Shown here in pieces: positions 1 to 8,248 of a stretch of 32,000 nt of DNA. A model generated the notes under the pieces. It saw only the letters and a list, made by a program, of their open reading frames with translations. It did no database searches and had not been told where the DNA came from. A program made the translations under genes and the position numbers. The first letter of the stretch is position 1. Each line of letters begins with the position of its first letter. The stretch is from Acinetobacter wanghuae (GTDB lineage: Bacteria > Pseudomonadota > Gammaproteobacteria > Pseudomonadales > Moraxellaceae), in NCBI RefSeq assembly GCF_009557235.1, contig NZ_CP045650.1:2340001-2372000 (forward strand). The letters run 5' to 3'.

Positions 1-1230
1 CGTGATGTACGTAAATCAATCAACACCCTATTCCAATTGTATCAAGTACTGAAAGGCTTACGTGCTGAACGTCATGCCATGGAATTTGAAACCGTTGAAA
101 CGTACATGACCTTTGATGAATTGGGTGGGATTAATCAAATTCTGCCTCGCTCACGAAATGATGCGCATAAACTGATTGAAGAATGCATGTTGCTTGCCAA
201 TGTTGCAGCTGCAGAATATGCCATGAAAAACGAAGTGCCGATGCTCTACCGTGTGCATGAGCCACCTGAGTTTTCACGCATTCAGAAAGTTCGCGACTTT
301 GTGAAATTGTTAGGGCTTAAATTCCCTGAACAGCCGACCCAAGCGGATTATCAAGCCGTGATCGAAGCAACCAAAGATCGTGTTGATGCACCAAGTATTC
401 ACTCTGTTCTGTTACGCTCAATGATGCAAGCCTATTATGGCGCGAAAAATGCCGGACATTTCGGCTTGGCTTATGATGCATATACGCATTTCACTTCGCC
501 AATTCGTCGCTATCCAGATTTACTGTTGCATCGCGCCATTAAAGCACAGCTTGCAAATAAACCGTCTCCACTCTCTGGTGCAGCACTTGATGATGCTGGT
601 GAGCATTTCTCTGCCACTGAACGTCGTGCCGATGAAGCCTCTCGCTCAGTAACCACTTGGCTAAAATGCCATTATATGCAGCAGCATTTGGGTGAAGAGT
701 TTATTGGTACAATCAGTGCCACTGCCGAATTCGGTTTATTTGTGACGCTTAAAGACTTATATGTCGATGGCATGATTCATGTGAGCCAATTGGGCGATGA
801 CTTCTTTGTGTTTGATCAAGCAAGTCAAAACTTGGTCGGTCAAAACCGTGGTCAAAGCTTTGGTTTAGGCGATGAAGTGAAAATTAAAGTCGCAGGCGTG
901 AACCTTGCTGAGCGCAAAATTGACTTTGAATTGGTTCAGCAATTAACGCATGCCGGTCGTACCATTCGTGAACGTGCACCACGCGTAAAAAGCAAAACTG
1001 CACCACGCGCTGAAGCAAAAGAAGATGTCTTTCAAGACCGTCCCCGGCAATCCCCCAGTGATCAAGGAGACCAGCCCAGACGCAAAAAAGACAAATCTGG
1101 CGCTTACAGCAAAAAGCCTAGTAAAAAATCTGCAGCAAAACCTGAAACAAAGGTTAAAGATAAAGTAAAGAAAAAGTCGAAGCTGAAGAAGAAAAAATCG
1201 AACAGTAAACCAAAGACTGAACGAATTTAA
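1..1230 (+). CDS. rnr: Ribonuclease R, C-terminal part (5' end outside the window)
   Basis: Frame 1 is open from base 1; the track start at 37 is an internal TTG. The translation has the RNB signature HFGLAYDAYTHFTSPIRRYPDLLLHR, an S1-like segment (GTISATAEFGLFVTL...IHVSQL) and a Lys-rich basic tail, as in RNase R. Confidence 0.9.
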   Translation, partial: RDVRKSINTLFQLYQVLKGLRAERHAMEFETVETYMTFDELGGINQILPRSRNDAHKLIEECMLLANVAAAEYAMKNEVPMLYRVHEPPEFSRIQKVRDFVKLLGLKFPEQPTQADYQAVIEATKDRVDAPSIHSVLLRSMMQAYYGAKNAGHFGLAYDAYTHFTSPIRRYPDLLLHRAIKAQLANKPSPLSGAALDDAGEHFSATERRADEASRSVTTWLKCHYMQQHLGEEFIGTISATAEFGLFVTLKDLYVDGMIHVSQLGDDFFVFDQASQNLVGQNRGQSFGLGDEVKIKVAGVNLAERKIDFELVQQLTHAGRTIRERAPRVKSKTAPRAEAKEDVFQDRPRQSPSDQGDQPRRKKDKSGAYSKKPSKKSAAKPETKVKDKVKKKSKLKKKKSNSKPKTERI

Positions 1231-1240
1231 GCTTGTGATT

Positions 1241-1269
1241 AAAAAAGAGCGCTACGGCGCTCTTTTTTA
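1241..1269 (+). terminator. Rho-independent terminator after rnr (A-tract/hairpin/T-tract, potentially bidirectional)
   Basis: aaaaaAGAGCGCtacgGCGCTCTttttt: 7-bp GC-rich stem, 4-nt loop, T6 run, 11 nt after the rnr stop. Confidence 0.7.
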
Positions 1270-1504
1270 TTTGTTTTATCTTTATAAAAATAAAGAACTT
1301 CAATCATGGCAATTCATTCAATTTCTAAATATGACTATCGTGGTTATGTCATTTTCATTTTTCTTATTTTCATTATCAGTGCTTTATTCTTCTATATCTC
1401 ATTTGAATAGCGATAAGCATAATAAATAAAGTCCAACTCTTGATTTATCCCTCACTTACCCTTATCTCTAGAACTAATACAGGAAATCCATTCGGCAGAC
1501 CGAC

Positions 1505-3544
1505 ATGACTTTAGAAAAGGCAACTTTGCCTGTTCCACAATTTGATCAAATTACCCTTGCAGATTTAAAAGAAAATATTCAAAACACGATTCAACAAGGT
1601 CAACAATTTTTAAATGATTTGTCTGAAACACCAGACAGTGTCATTGAGCAACTTAAAACATTAGAGCAAATTGACACGCTTGAAAATAATATGAGCGAAG
1701 CATGGGGTGTATTGTCACACTTAAATGCAGTTATGAATAACGCTGAAACACGTGAAGTCTATCAAGCGCTATTACCAAGCTTAAGTGAGTACTATACCCA
1801 ACTTGGTCAACATACAGTGCTTTATCAAACTTATCAGCATGTGCATGATGCAGCTGTATTTACCGATTTACCCGAAGCACAGCAAAGTGCAATCAAACTT
1901 ACTTTACGTGACTTTAAACTATCAGGTGTGGCTTTAGAAGGCGCAGCCAAAAAACGTTATGCGGAAATTTCTGCGCGTTTATCTCAGCTTTCATCAGATT
2001 TTTCAAATCACGTACTTGATGCCACTCAAGCTTATTTCAAGCCATTAACTGAAGAGCAACTTGCTGGCTTGCCTGAGAGCAGTATCGAGTTACTCAAACA
2101 ATATGGGCAACAACGTGAGCTAGAGCAGCCTGTTGCGACTTTAGATTTTCCGTCGTATTTAGCGATTATGACCTATGCCGAAAATCGTGAATTACGTGAA
2201 GAACTCTATAAAGCCTATACCACACGTGCATCGGATCAGTCAGACAAAACTGAATTTGACAATACACCCGTGATCGAGGAGATCTTGAGCCTTCGTCATG
2301 AAATGGCAAGTTTGCTTGGTTTTGACAGCTATGCCGATTTATCATTGGCCAGTAAAATGGCACCCAGCGTTACAGTAGTTGATGAATTCCTACGTGATTT
2401 AGCGGAACATGCGCGCGCACCGGCCACTCAAGAAATTGCAGAACTCAAAGCGATTGCTGCGGAAGATGGCATTACCGAGCTTCAACCTTGGGATAGCACC
2501 TATTATTCTGAAAAACTCAAAGTTCAGCAGTTTAATTTGTCTCAAGAAGCGTTAAAACCTTACTTCCCTGCACATAAAGTCGTGACAGGTTTATTCAGTA
2601 TCGTAAACCGTCTCTATGGCATTCAAGTGGTTGAACGTGAAGCGCCTGTCTGGCATCCAGATGCACGTTACTTTGAACTTGAAGATCAAGGTCAAGTGAT
2701 TGGCGGTTTTTACTTCGACCTCTATGCCCGTCAAGGCAAACGTGGTGGCGCGTGGATGAGCGGCTTCCGTTCACGTATGCAAAGCAATAGCGGCTTACAA
2801 AAACCAATTTGTTATATGGTCGGTAACTTTACTCCTGCCATTGGTCATCAGCCTGCTTTACTTACCCACGATGAAGTAATTACCTTATTCCATGAATTTG
2901 GTCATGGTTTACATCATATGCTCACTGAGGTCGACAATATTTCAGTTGCCGGTACACATGGCGTGGCATGGGATGCAGTAGAGTTACCAAGTCAGTTTAT
3001 GGAGTTCTGGGCATGGGATAAAGAAAGCCTCGATGTATTGAGTGAACATATCGACAGTAAAGAAACCTTACCCGCAGATTTGCTGAAGTCTTTATTAGAC
3101 GCACGTTTCTTCCAATCTGGTATGCAGACCTTACGTCAACTTGAATTTGCCTTATTTGATTTAAGCATTCATAAAGCCAGTCCAGCACTCAATGCCGAAC
3201 AAGTGCAAGCGACTTTAAATGACATTCGTGCTCAATATGCTGTACTGCCAAGCACAGACTATAACCGCTTCCAACATAGCTTTAGCCATATTTTCGCAGG
3301 GGGTTATGCAGCAGGTTACTACTCTTATAAATGGGCAGAAGTGTTAGCCAGTGATGCTTTCGATCGTTTTGAAAATGAAGGTATTTTTAATACTGACACT
3401 GGTCATGAATTCCGTAAAAACATCCTCGCTGTGGGCGGTAAAGATACCGCGCTTGATGCTTTTGTAAACTTCCGCGGTCGTGAACCGAAAATAGATGCTT
3501 TACTTCGTCATCAAGGTTGGACGAATACAACTAAAAGCGCTTAA
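1505..3544 (+). CDS. prlC: Oligopeptidase A (M3 family zinc metallopeptidase)
   Basis: 679-aa ORF with the HEFGH zinc motif (LFHEFGHGLHHMLT). Length and overall similarity match PrlC/Dcp-type M3 peptidases. Confidence 0.9.
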   Translation: MTLEKATLPVPQFDQITLADLKENIQNTIQQGQQFLNDLSETPDSVIEQLKTLEQIDTLENNMSEAWGVLSHLNAVMNNAETREVYQALLPSLSEYYTQLGQHTVLYQTYQHVHDAAVFTDLPEAQQSAIKLTLRDFKLSGVALEGAAKKRYAEISARLSQLSSDFSNHVLDATQAYFKPLTEEQLAGLPESSIELLKQYGQQRELEQPVATLDFPSYLAIMTYAENRELREELYKAYTTRASDQSDKTEFDNTPVIEEILSLRHEMASLLGFDSYADLSLASKMAPSVTVVDEFLRDLAEHARAPATQEIAELKAIAAEDGITELQPWDSTYYSEKLKVQQFNLSQEALKPYFPAHKVVTGLFSIVNRLYGIQVVEREAPVWHPDARYFELEDQGQVIGGFYFDLYARQGKRGGAWMSGFRSRMQSNSGLQKPICYMVGNFTPAIGHQPALLTHDEVITLFHEFGHGLHHMLTEVDNISVAGTHGVAWDAVELPSQFMEFWAWDKESLDVLSEHIDSKETLPADLLKSLLDARFFQSGMQTLRQLEFALFDLSIHKASPALNAEQVQATLNDIRAQYAVLPSTDYNRFQHSFSHIFAGGYAAGYYSYKWAEVLASDAFDRFENEGIFNTDTGHEFRKNILAVGGKDTALDAFVNFRGREPKIDALLRHQGWTNTTKSA

Positions 3545-3574
3545 ACTAGTGTTTTAAATGAATCAAAGGTAAGT

Positions 3575-3784
3575 ATGATGACCATTAAACGTCGTTTTAT
3601 TGCAGGCGCAAAATGTCCAAAATGTCAGGCGATGGATCGTGTTGTCATGCTCACCTCTGGTGAAAATGAATGGATTGAATGTATCGACTGTGGTTACGAA
3701 GAAAATCGCCCTACCCATGTCGATCAACCTGAAATTCCTGCTGTTCCAGATGAAATTGGGGTCATTCAATTTAAACCCCGCTAA
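3575..3784 (+). CDS. YheV-family putative zinc-ribbon protein
   Basis: 69 aa with two CxxC pairs (CPKCQ ... CIDCG). AAAGGTAAG lies 2-3 nt before the ATGATG start. The N-terminus (RRFIAGAKCPKC) recalls YheV-like proteins. Confidence 0.7.
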   Translation: MMTIKRRFIAGAKCPKCQAMDRVVMLTSGENEWIECIDCGYEENRPTHVDQPEIPAVPDEIGVIQFKPR

Positions 3785-3812
3785 GTACAATAATATGAAT
3801 TAGGTTTACATT

Positions 3813-4250
3813 ATGTCGGTAGATCAAAGGGATAATCCGAAACTATTAATGGGGATTATGGCGGCTTTAGCCGTGATTGTTGCATGTGTATTTGGCTATT
3901 TTTGGCTCAGCAATGCGACTCAAACGACTCAAGAACCAGAACAAACGTTAAGCAATCCACCTGCGATGCAGCCTTCAGTCGCGACAGATCAAAACGTTGC
4001 TGTTGCCGCTGAGCAAGTACCTGCATCAACACAAACGAAAACCTTGGTAGATGAGGCGTTGCTTCAAGATGCAGTCCCCGAAAACCCAAGTCTAGCCAAA
4101 GAAGAGCTGGATAAACTTGATGATATCCAAGCGCAATTAAATGACCAGAAACAAGCTTTGAATCAACAACATGCCGATGCAGATGCCTTGATCAAATTAA
4201 AGGAAGAACAAATTCAACTTCTTGAAGCACAACTTGCTCAAGAAAAATAA
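3813..4250 (+). CDS. Hypothetical membrane-anchored coiled-coil protein
   Basis: 145 aa. One N-terminal hydrophobic helix (LLMGIMAALAVIVACVFGYFWL), a low-complexity Q/A/T-rich linker, then a heptad-like acidic/Gln-rich C-terminus (LDKLDDIQAQLNDQKQALNQQH...LLEAQLAQEK). No family recognised. Confidence 0.55.
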   Translation: MSVDQRDNPKLLMGIMAALAVIVACVFGYFWLSNATQTTQEPEQTLSNPPAMQPSVATDQNVAVAAEQVPASTQTKTLVDEALLQDAVPENPSLAKEELDKLDDIQAQLNDQKQALNQQHADADALIKLKEEQIQLLEAQLAQEK

Positions 4251-4305
4251 TTTGTGGCTGAATATCAGCTAGACTATTGCTATATTTTCTAGCTCAGCCG
4301 CCTTT

Positions 4306-5178
4306 ATGTTTACAGCCCCACCATCACAGCTAATGAAAGCCATTATGTGCTTAACGCTTTCTGCACTGCTCTTTTCTGTGATGGGCGTCTGTATCCGTTA
4401 CGCCTCGCATACTGTTGATAATCCCACCATTGTATTTTTTAGAAATGTGGTCGGTTTGTGCATTTTCTTACCGCTTATTTTGAATAAGGGTATCGGTTTT
4501 TTCAAAACTGAAAAACTCTGGATGCATACTTGGCGCTCTGTTGTCGGCTTAATTGCCATGTATGGTTTCTTCTATGCCATTGCACATCTAAAACTCTCCA
4601 ATGCCATGGTATTTACCTACTCATCCCCTATTTTTATTCCGCTCATTGCTTGGTTATTTTTAAAAGAAAAAGTGACGCTCAGTATGCTTCTTGCCGCTGC
4701 AATTGGCTTCACGGGCGTACTGTTTGTGGCTAAACCTGACACGGGTTTATTCAATATGATGTCTGTGATTGGTTTGGGTGCGAGTTTTCTTGCCGCGATA
4801 GCATTTGTAACCGTGAGAGCATTAACCGCAACCGAGCCACCTGAACGTATCGTCTTTTATTTTTGCTTCTTCGGGGTATTGATTTCAATTGTGCCGATGT
4901 TTTGGTTGTGGCGTCCGTACACATGGACAGAACTCAGCTATTTAATTAGCGCAGGCATTTTAGCCAATGTCAGCCAACTTTTTCTATCGACCGCCTATAA
5001 GCTTGCACCCGCAGGACAAATTGGACCTGTCAACTATATTGCGATTGTGTTTGCAGGCATGTGGGGCTATCTGTTTTGGGGTGAACTGCCTGATTTTTAT
5101 AGCATGATTGGTTTAAGCTTTATTTTCTGTGCCATTTTAATCTGTAGTCCGCTATTGCAGAAAAGACTTAATGGCTAA
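4306..5178 (+). CDS. EamA/DMT-superfamily transporter
   Basis: 290 aa with about 10 predicted TM helices in two repeats, typical of RhaT/EamA drug-metabolite transporters. The start is uncertain: no clear SD, and alternative Met codons occur about 10 and 14 codons in. Confidence 0.75.
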   Translation: MFTAPPSQLMKAIMCLTLSALLFSVMGVCIRYASHTVDNPTIVFFRNVVGLCIFLPLILNKGIGFFKTEKLWMHTWRSVVGLIAMYGFFYAIAHLKLSNAMVFTYSSPIFIPLIAWLFLKEKVTLSMLLAAAIGFTGVLFVAKPDTGLFNMMSVIGLGASFLAAIAFVTVRALTATEPPERIVFYFCFFGVLISIVPMFWLWRPYTWTELSYLISAGILANVSQLFLSTAYKLAPAGQIGPVNYIAIVFAGMWGYLFWGELPDFYSMIGLSFIFCAILICSPLLQKRLNG

Positions 5179-5189
5179 ATGCATATTAT

Positions 5190-5217
5190 AAAAAAAGCAC
5201 CCAAAGGTGCTTTTTTT
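5190..5217. terminator. Bidirectional rho-independent terminator between convergent genes
   Basis: aaaaaaAGCACCcaaaGGTGCTtttttt: symmetric A-tract/hairpin/T-tract between the EamA stop (5178) and the permease stop (5228). Confidence 0.7.
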
Positions 5218-5227
5218 AAGGGTTCTG

Positions 5228-7414
5228 TTAAGAATACCAACCGAATAATTTAAAGATATACGGTACGTAGGCAATAATCAGCATGGCTGGCAGCAATACA
5301 ATCACTGGTAAAATCCATCGTTCATAGCGGTAATAGAAGGACAGATGACGGACTTCAGCATCGGCTTCTGCGACTTCAGCATCGCCAATGGATTGCCTTG
5401 CCAACAAGTGATTTAGTGCAACTGGCGGGGTGACATAACCCAACTCGAAACCAATCAAGGTAATCATCCAGAAGTGGACAGGATCAATACCATATTGATA
5501 CGCCACAGGGGCTACCGTTGCTGAAATTAAAATAACAGCACCGAATGGATCCATGATCATTCCGACAAAGATCATTAAGCCCACAATCATGGTAATTACC
5601 AAGATTGTACTGCTAATGTCGGTCGGGAATGCTTCCATAATTTCCATACGTTCAAGTAAACCACCAACACTCACGGACAATGCCATCAGAATAATCAACG
5701 CACCAATATGTCCAACCGTTTCACTGGTTGAAATATGGATTGATTTCCAGAAACCGAGCTGACGTAATGGCGATTCAGCACGCTCAACAGCAGGTACAGG
5801 TTCAGCATTCGCTTGGGTATTGAGTGTTGCATCCCAATGTCCAACTGGTGGCAATGGTGCAGGCTCATGACGTAATTTATCAAATAGCACCACCATCAAT
5901 AGAATTACTGGCATCATGACGGGTGCAGTAAATTCATTGAGATCTGTGGAAAGTGCGAATTTGTAGAACATCCATGTCAATACAAAAATCACGATATATG
6001 GAATCACCGCCAAGAAAGCACGACCCGATTGAGGCGCTGCCACACTTGGTGATGCAATACGGAATTTATTATCCGCAATAAATAATGAAATCACCAAGAA
6101 CAGTGTCGAACTCAGTAAGAAGACATAAATCCCATAGTGGTACAGTAAATCGGTCGTGACTTCTTTATTCAATGATGCAACAACGACAATTAATAGACAC
6201 GGACGTAACACGACACCCAATGAACCTGACATCGCCGTGGCAGCCAAAGCAAATTGACGGCGTCCACCCGCATTCCATACCTCTTTATAAATGATTGCAC
6301 CTGCGGCAATGACGAAAATACCTGATGCACCGGTATAAGCCGTTGGCAATGCTGCGGCAAGTAGAATAAGCCATGTTAACGTTTCAGGTGCTAAATTCCA
6401 TGGACGTAGAATATTGAGGAATAAATCCACAACACGGGTTTGTTTTAGCAGCATACCTGCCCAAATGAACAGTGCTAGGTTCAGGAAGATACTTGAGAAC
6501 TCAACCAACTGACCGAGATAAATCCCCTGTCCCATCGGATAGTCCATAAAGAATGTAAAATTCACACCCGTTGTAATCGCCATGTAGGCATAGAGCGGTA
6601 TGCTCAGGAATGCCATACCAATACTGCCGCCTTCTTTGGTCGGCTTTGGTAACTTAATGACTTGGAACAAGCTGATTAAGGTCAGGGTACTAAACAAAAT
6701 CATCCATAGCCAATAGATGTATTTCATTTCGCCGAGCGGAACACCCGAATTAATCATTGACTGATATTGGCTATACGATGAGAATGCCAAGAATGCATTC
6801 GCAACCAACATAGCAATGCTATACAGACGGAAATCAATACGTGTTGCTGGGCTACGCAAACCAATATGATGGGTTTTCAGCGTGGCACTAATGGCAGCAA
6901 AAACCACCATAATGACTAATAATAAAGCCCGATTTTCTGTTCCGAATTTGAATAAACCAAAGAATGATGTTTCAAAATTACGGTAAGCACGAATACTTGG
7001 ATTGGCTTCAATGTGATCGATGGCTTTGTCATAGAACACATAGGACTCTTCACAGACTTGTTGCGCCTGCACAACAGCGGCACGTACATCTGCCTCAGAG
7101 CGCACGCCAAAGAAATCGGCATATTCATCTGCAGCATCTATTTTGAGTTGCTTTTGCACCGTGGCATCAATATCAACATTACGCTCACATTTCGGTGCGG
7201 TCGGTTCTGCGCGTAAGAATGAATATTGCATACCCGATGCAGGATCGCCATAAATACGTTCGCCCATGCGCAGTAACTGCCCATGGATCATCTCACCGGT
7301 ACCAATCACAAGCGTTAACAACAGTAAGACTAAAACGACAAAGGTAGAGACCCATTCAGTCCATATATAGCGCAACAGACCTAATCCTGATCTGTTTTGA
7401 TCATCATTTTGCAT
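5228..7414 (-). CDS. DctM-type (TRAP large permease-like) membrane protein with long N-terminal extension
   Basis: The C-terminal region MDPFGAVILISATVAPVAYQYGIDPVHFWMITLIGFELGYVTPPVALN matches the conserved DctM C-terminal helices. There are many TM segments. I place the start at the ATG at 7414 (MQNDDQ...), preceded by AGGAAAA, rather than the track start at 7474. Confidence 0.7.
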   Translation of the reverse strand: MQNDDQNRSGLGLLRYIWTEWVSTFVVLVLLLLTLVIGTGEMIHGQLLRMGERIYGDPASGMQYSFLRAEPTAPKCERNVDIDATVQKQLKIDAADEYADFFGVRSEADVRAAVVQAQQVCEESYVFYDKAIDHIEANPSIRAYRNFETSFFGLFKFGTENRALLLVIMVVFAAISATLKTHHIGLRSPATRIDFRLYSIAMLVANAFLAFSSYSQYQSMINSGVPLGEMKYIYWLWMILFSTLTLISLFQVIKLPKPTKEGGSIGMAFLSIPLYAYMAITTGVNFTFFMDYPMGQGIYLGQLVEFSSIFLNLALFIWAGMLLKQTRVVDLFLNILRPWNLAPETLTWLILLAAALPTAYTGASGIFVIAAGAIIYKEVWNAGGRRQFALAATAMSGSLGVVLRPCLLIVVVASLNKEVTTDLLYHYGIYVFLLSSTLFLVISLFIADNKFRIASPSVAAPQSGRAFLAVIPYIVIFVLTWMFYKFALSTDLNEFTAPVMMPVILLMVVLFDKLRHEPAPLPPVGHWDATLNTQANAEPVPAVERAESPLRQLGFWKSIHISTSETVGHIGALIILMALSVSVGGLLERMEIMEAFPTDISSTILVITMIVGLMIFVGMIMDPFGAVILISATVAPVAYQYGIDPVHFWMITLIGFELGYVTPPVALNHLLARQSIGDAEVAEADAEVRHLSFYYRYERWILPVIVLLPAMLIIAYVPYIFKLFGWYS

Positions 7415-7590
7415 GTATTTTCCTATTGTTATTCTTGAGTATCGAACGTTATTACGACGAACCCATTGCTCCATGAGTCTCGAAAATTCCTTTTCAAAGA
7501 CTTATCGTTTATTTTGTACTCGAATGTGCATGAAATTTTATAAAATTAAAATGACAATTTAGATTTTCTTTTCGGTTTTTTTGACCAATT

Positions 7591-8190
7591 TCAACTTCGG
7601 TCATAGCAGTAGTCGACAATGATATAAATATTCGCCAGTAAAATACCCCAAATCACCCCGAGTAAATGCGCTTCAACCAAAACTGGGCTGCCAATGAGCT
7701 GGGCTGTACCTGTACTGCCTATCGTATTTTCCCAAATGAGTTTGGCAAAAATTAAAAACAACACCAAAGCTGCAAAACTTCGTTCCCGTTTATACAGTAA
7801 ATGCACACATGCGATGGCGGCATAAGCCCCATGCAATACACCCGACAGACCCGCATAAGCACCAATATCAGGCAAGACCCAATAAAAACTGAGACTTAAA
7901 AGTGGAGAAATCAGTAAGAAAATGGTACTGAAATGCCAAACGCAAGCTCGCGGAAAAATAAAAGGTAAACAAGCGAAGGCAATCATATTGAGAAGGTAAT
8001 GAATCCATCCCACATGGACCCAATGCGCTGTCCATAAACGCCATGGTTCAGCAAAAAGATGGTCTTGCCAATAAATAAAATGATCTTTAAAAATTTGTAG
8101 GCAGGCGCAAAGAGAGACCACCATTGCAATAAATACAATTTTGCGATGGAGATACTGATCCTGCATAGGCGCCTCCCTAGTCTTCTTCAT
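7591..8190 (-). CDS. Rhomboid-family intramembrane serine protease, rhombosortase-like
   Basis: Six-TM protein of about 190-199 aa. It has WRLWTAHWVHVGWIHYLLN (rhomboid TM2 motif), GLSGVLHG (catalytic GxSG) and AHLLGVIWG (catalytic His, HxxGxxxG). It lacks an N-terminal cytoplasmic domain, as rhombosortases do. An alternative start ATG at 8166 follows GGGAGG. Confidence 0.7.
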   Translation of the reverse strand: MKKTREAPMQDQYLHRKIVFIAMVVSLCACLQIFKDHFIYWQDHLFAEPWRLWTAHWVHVGWIHYLLNMIAFACLPFIFPRACVWHFSTIFLLISPLLSLSFYWVLPDIGAYAGLSGVLHGAYAAIACVHLLYKRERSFAALVLFLIFAKLIWENTIGSTGTAQLIGSPVLVEAHLLGVIWGILLANIYIIVDYCYDRS

Positions 8191-8195
8191 TTAAA

Positions 8196-8222
8196 TCGCG
8201 CCTTATCAAGTGATAAGGCGCG
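8196..8222 (-). terminator. Strong hairpin between the lipoprotein gene and the rhomboid gene (possible terminator/attenuator)
   Basis: CGCGCCTTATCaagtGATAAGGCGCG: 11-bp perfect stem. On the minus strand only a weak AUUUAAAU tract follows, so it may be a partial terminator or an RNA-stability element. Confidence 0.4.
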
Positions 8223-8248
8223 AAATTAAGATTGAAACGAAATAAGGT

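Noticed and set aside
1235-1429. 64-aa ORF in the rnr-prlC spacer
   Set aside because: It starts at a GTG and reads straight through the rnr terminator hairpin. The DNA is very AT-rich, there is no SD, and the translation is a low-complexity F/L/S/Y string. It looks like a chance ORF in intergenic DNA.
3600-3803. 67-aa ORF in another frame overlapping the YheV-like gene, and a 75-aa antisense ORF at 3563-3790
   Set aside because: The zinc-ribbon frame has the CxxC pairs and the SD. The overlapping frames have neither.
4261-4300. Imperfect inverted repeat GGCTGA...AGCTAG / CTAGCT-CAGCC between the coiled-coil ORF and the EamA gene
   Set aside because: The stem is interrupted by a 5-nt bulge and a 16-nt loop, and no U-tract follows. 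It is too weak to call a terminator or regulatory element.
7415-7474. 20-codon extension of the DctM-type permease ORF
   Set aside because: The ATG at 7414 is preceded by AGGAAAA, whereas the upstream start has no SD. This is kept only as an alternative.
7534-7547. 14-nt palindrome AATTTTATAAAATT upstream of the permease gene
   Set aside because: It is composed only of A and T in an AT-rich spacer, so its information content is low. It is more likely promoter or curved DNA than a specific operator.
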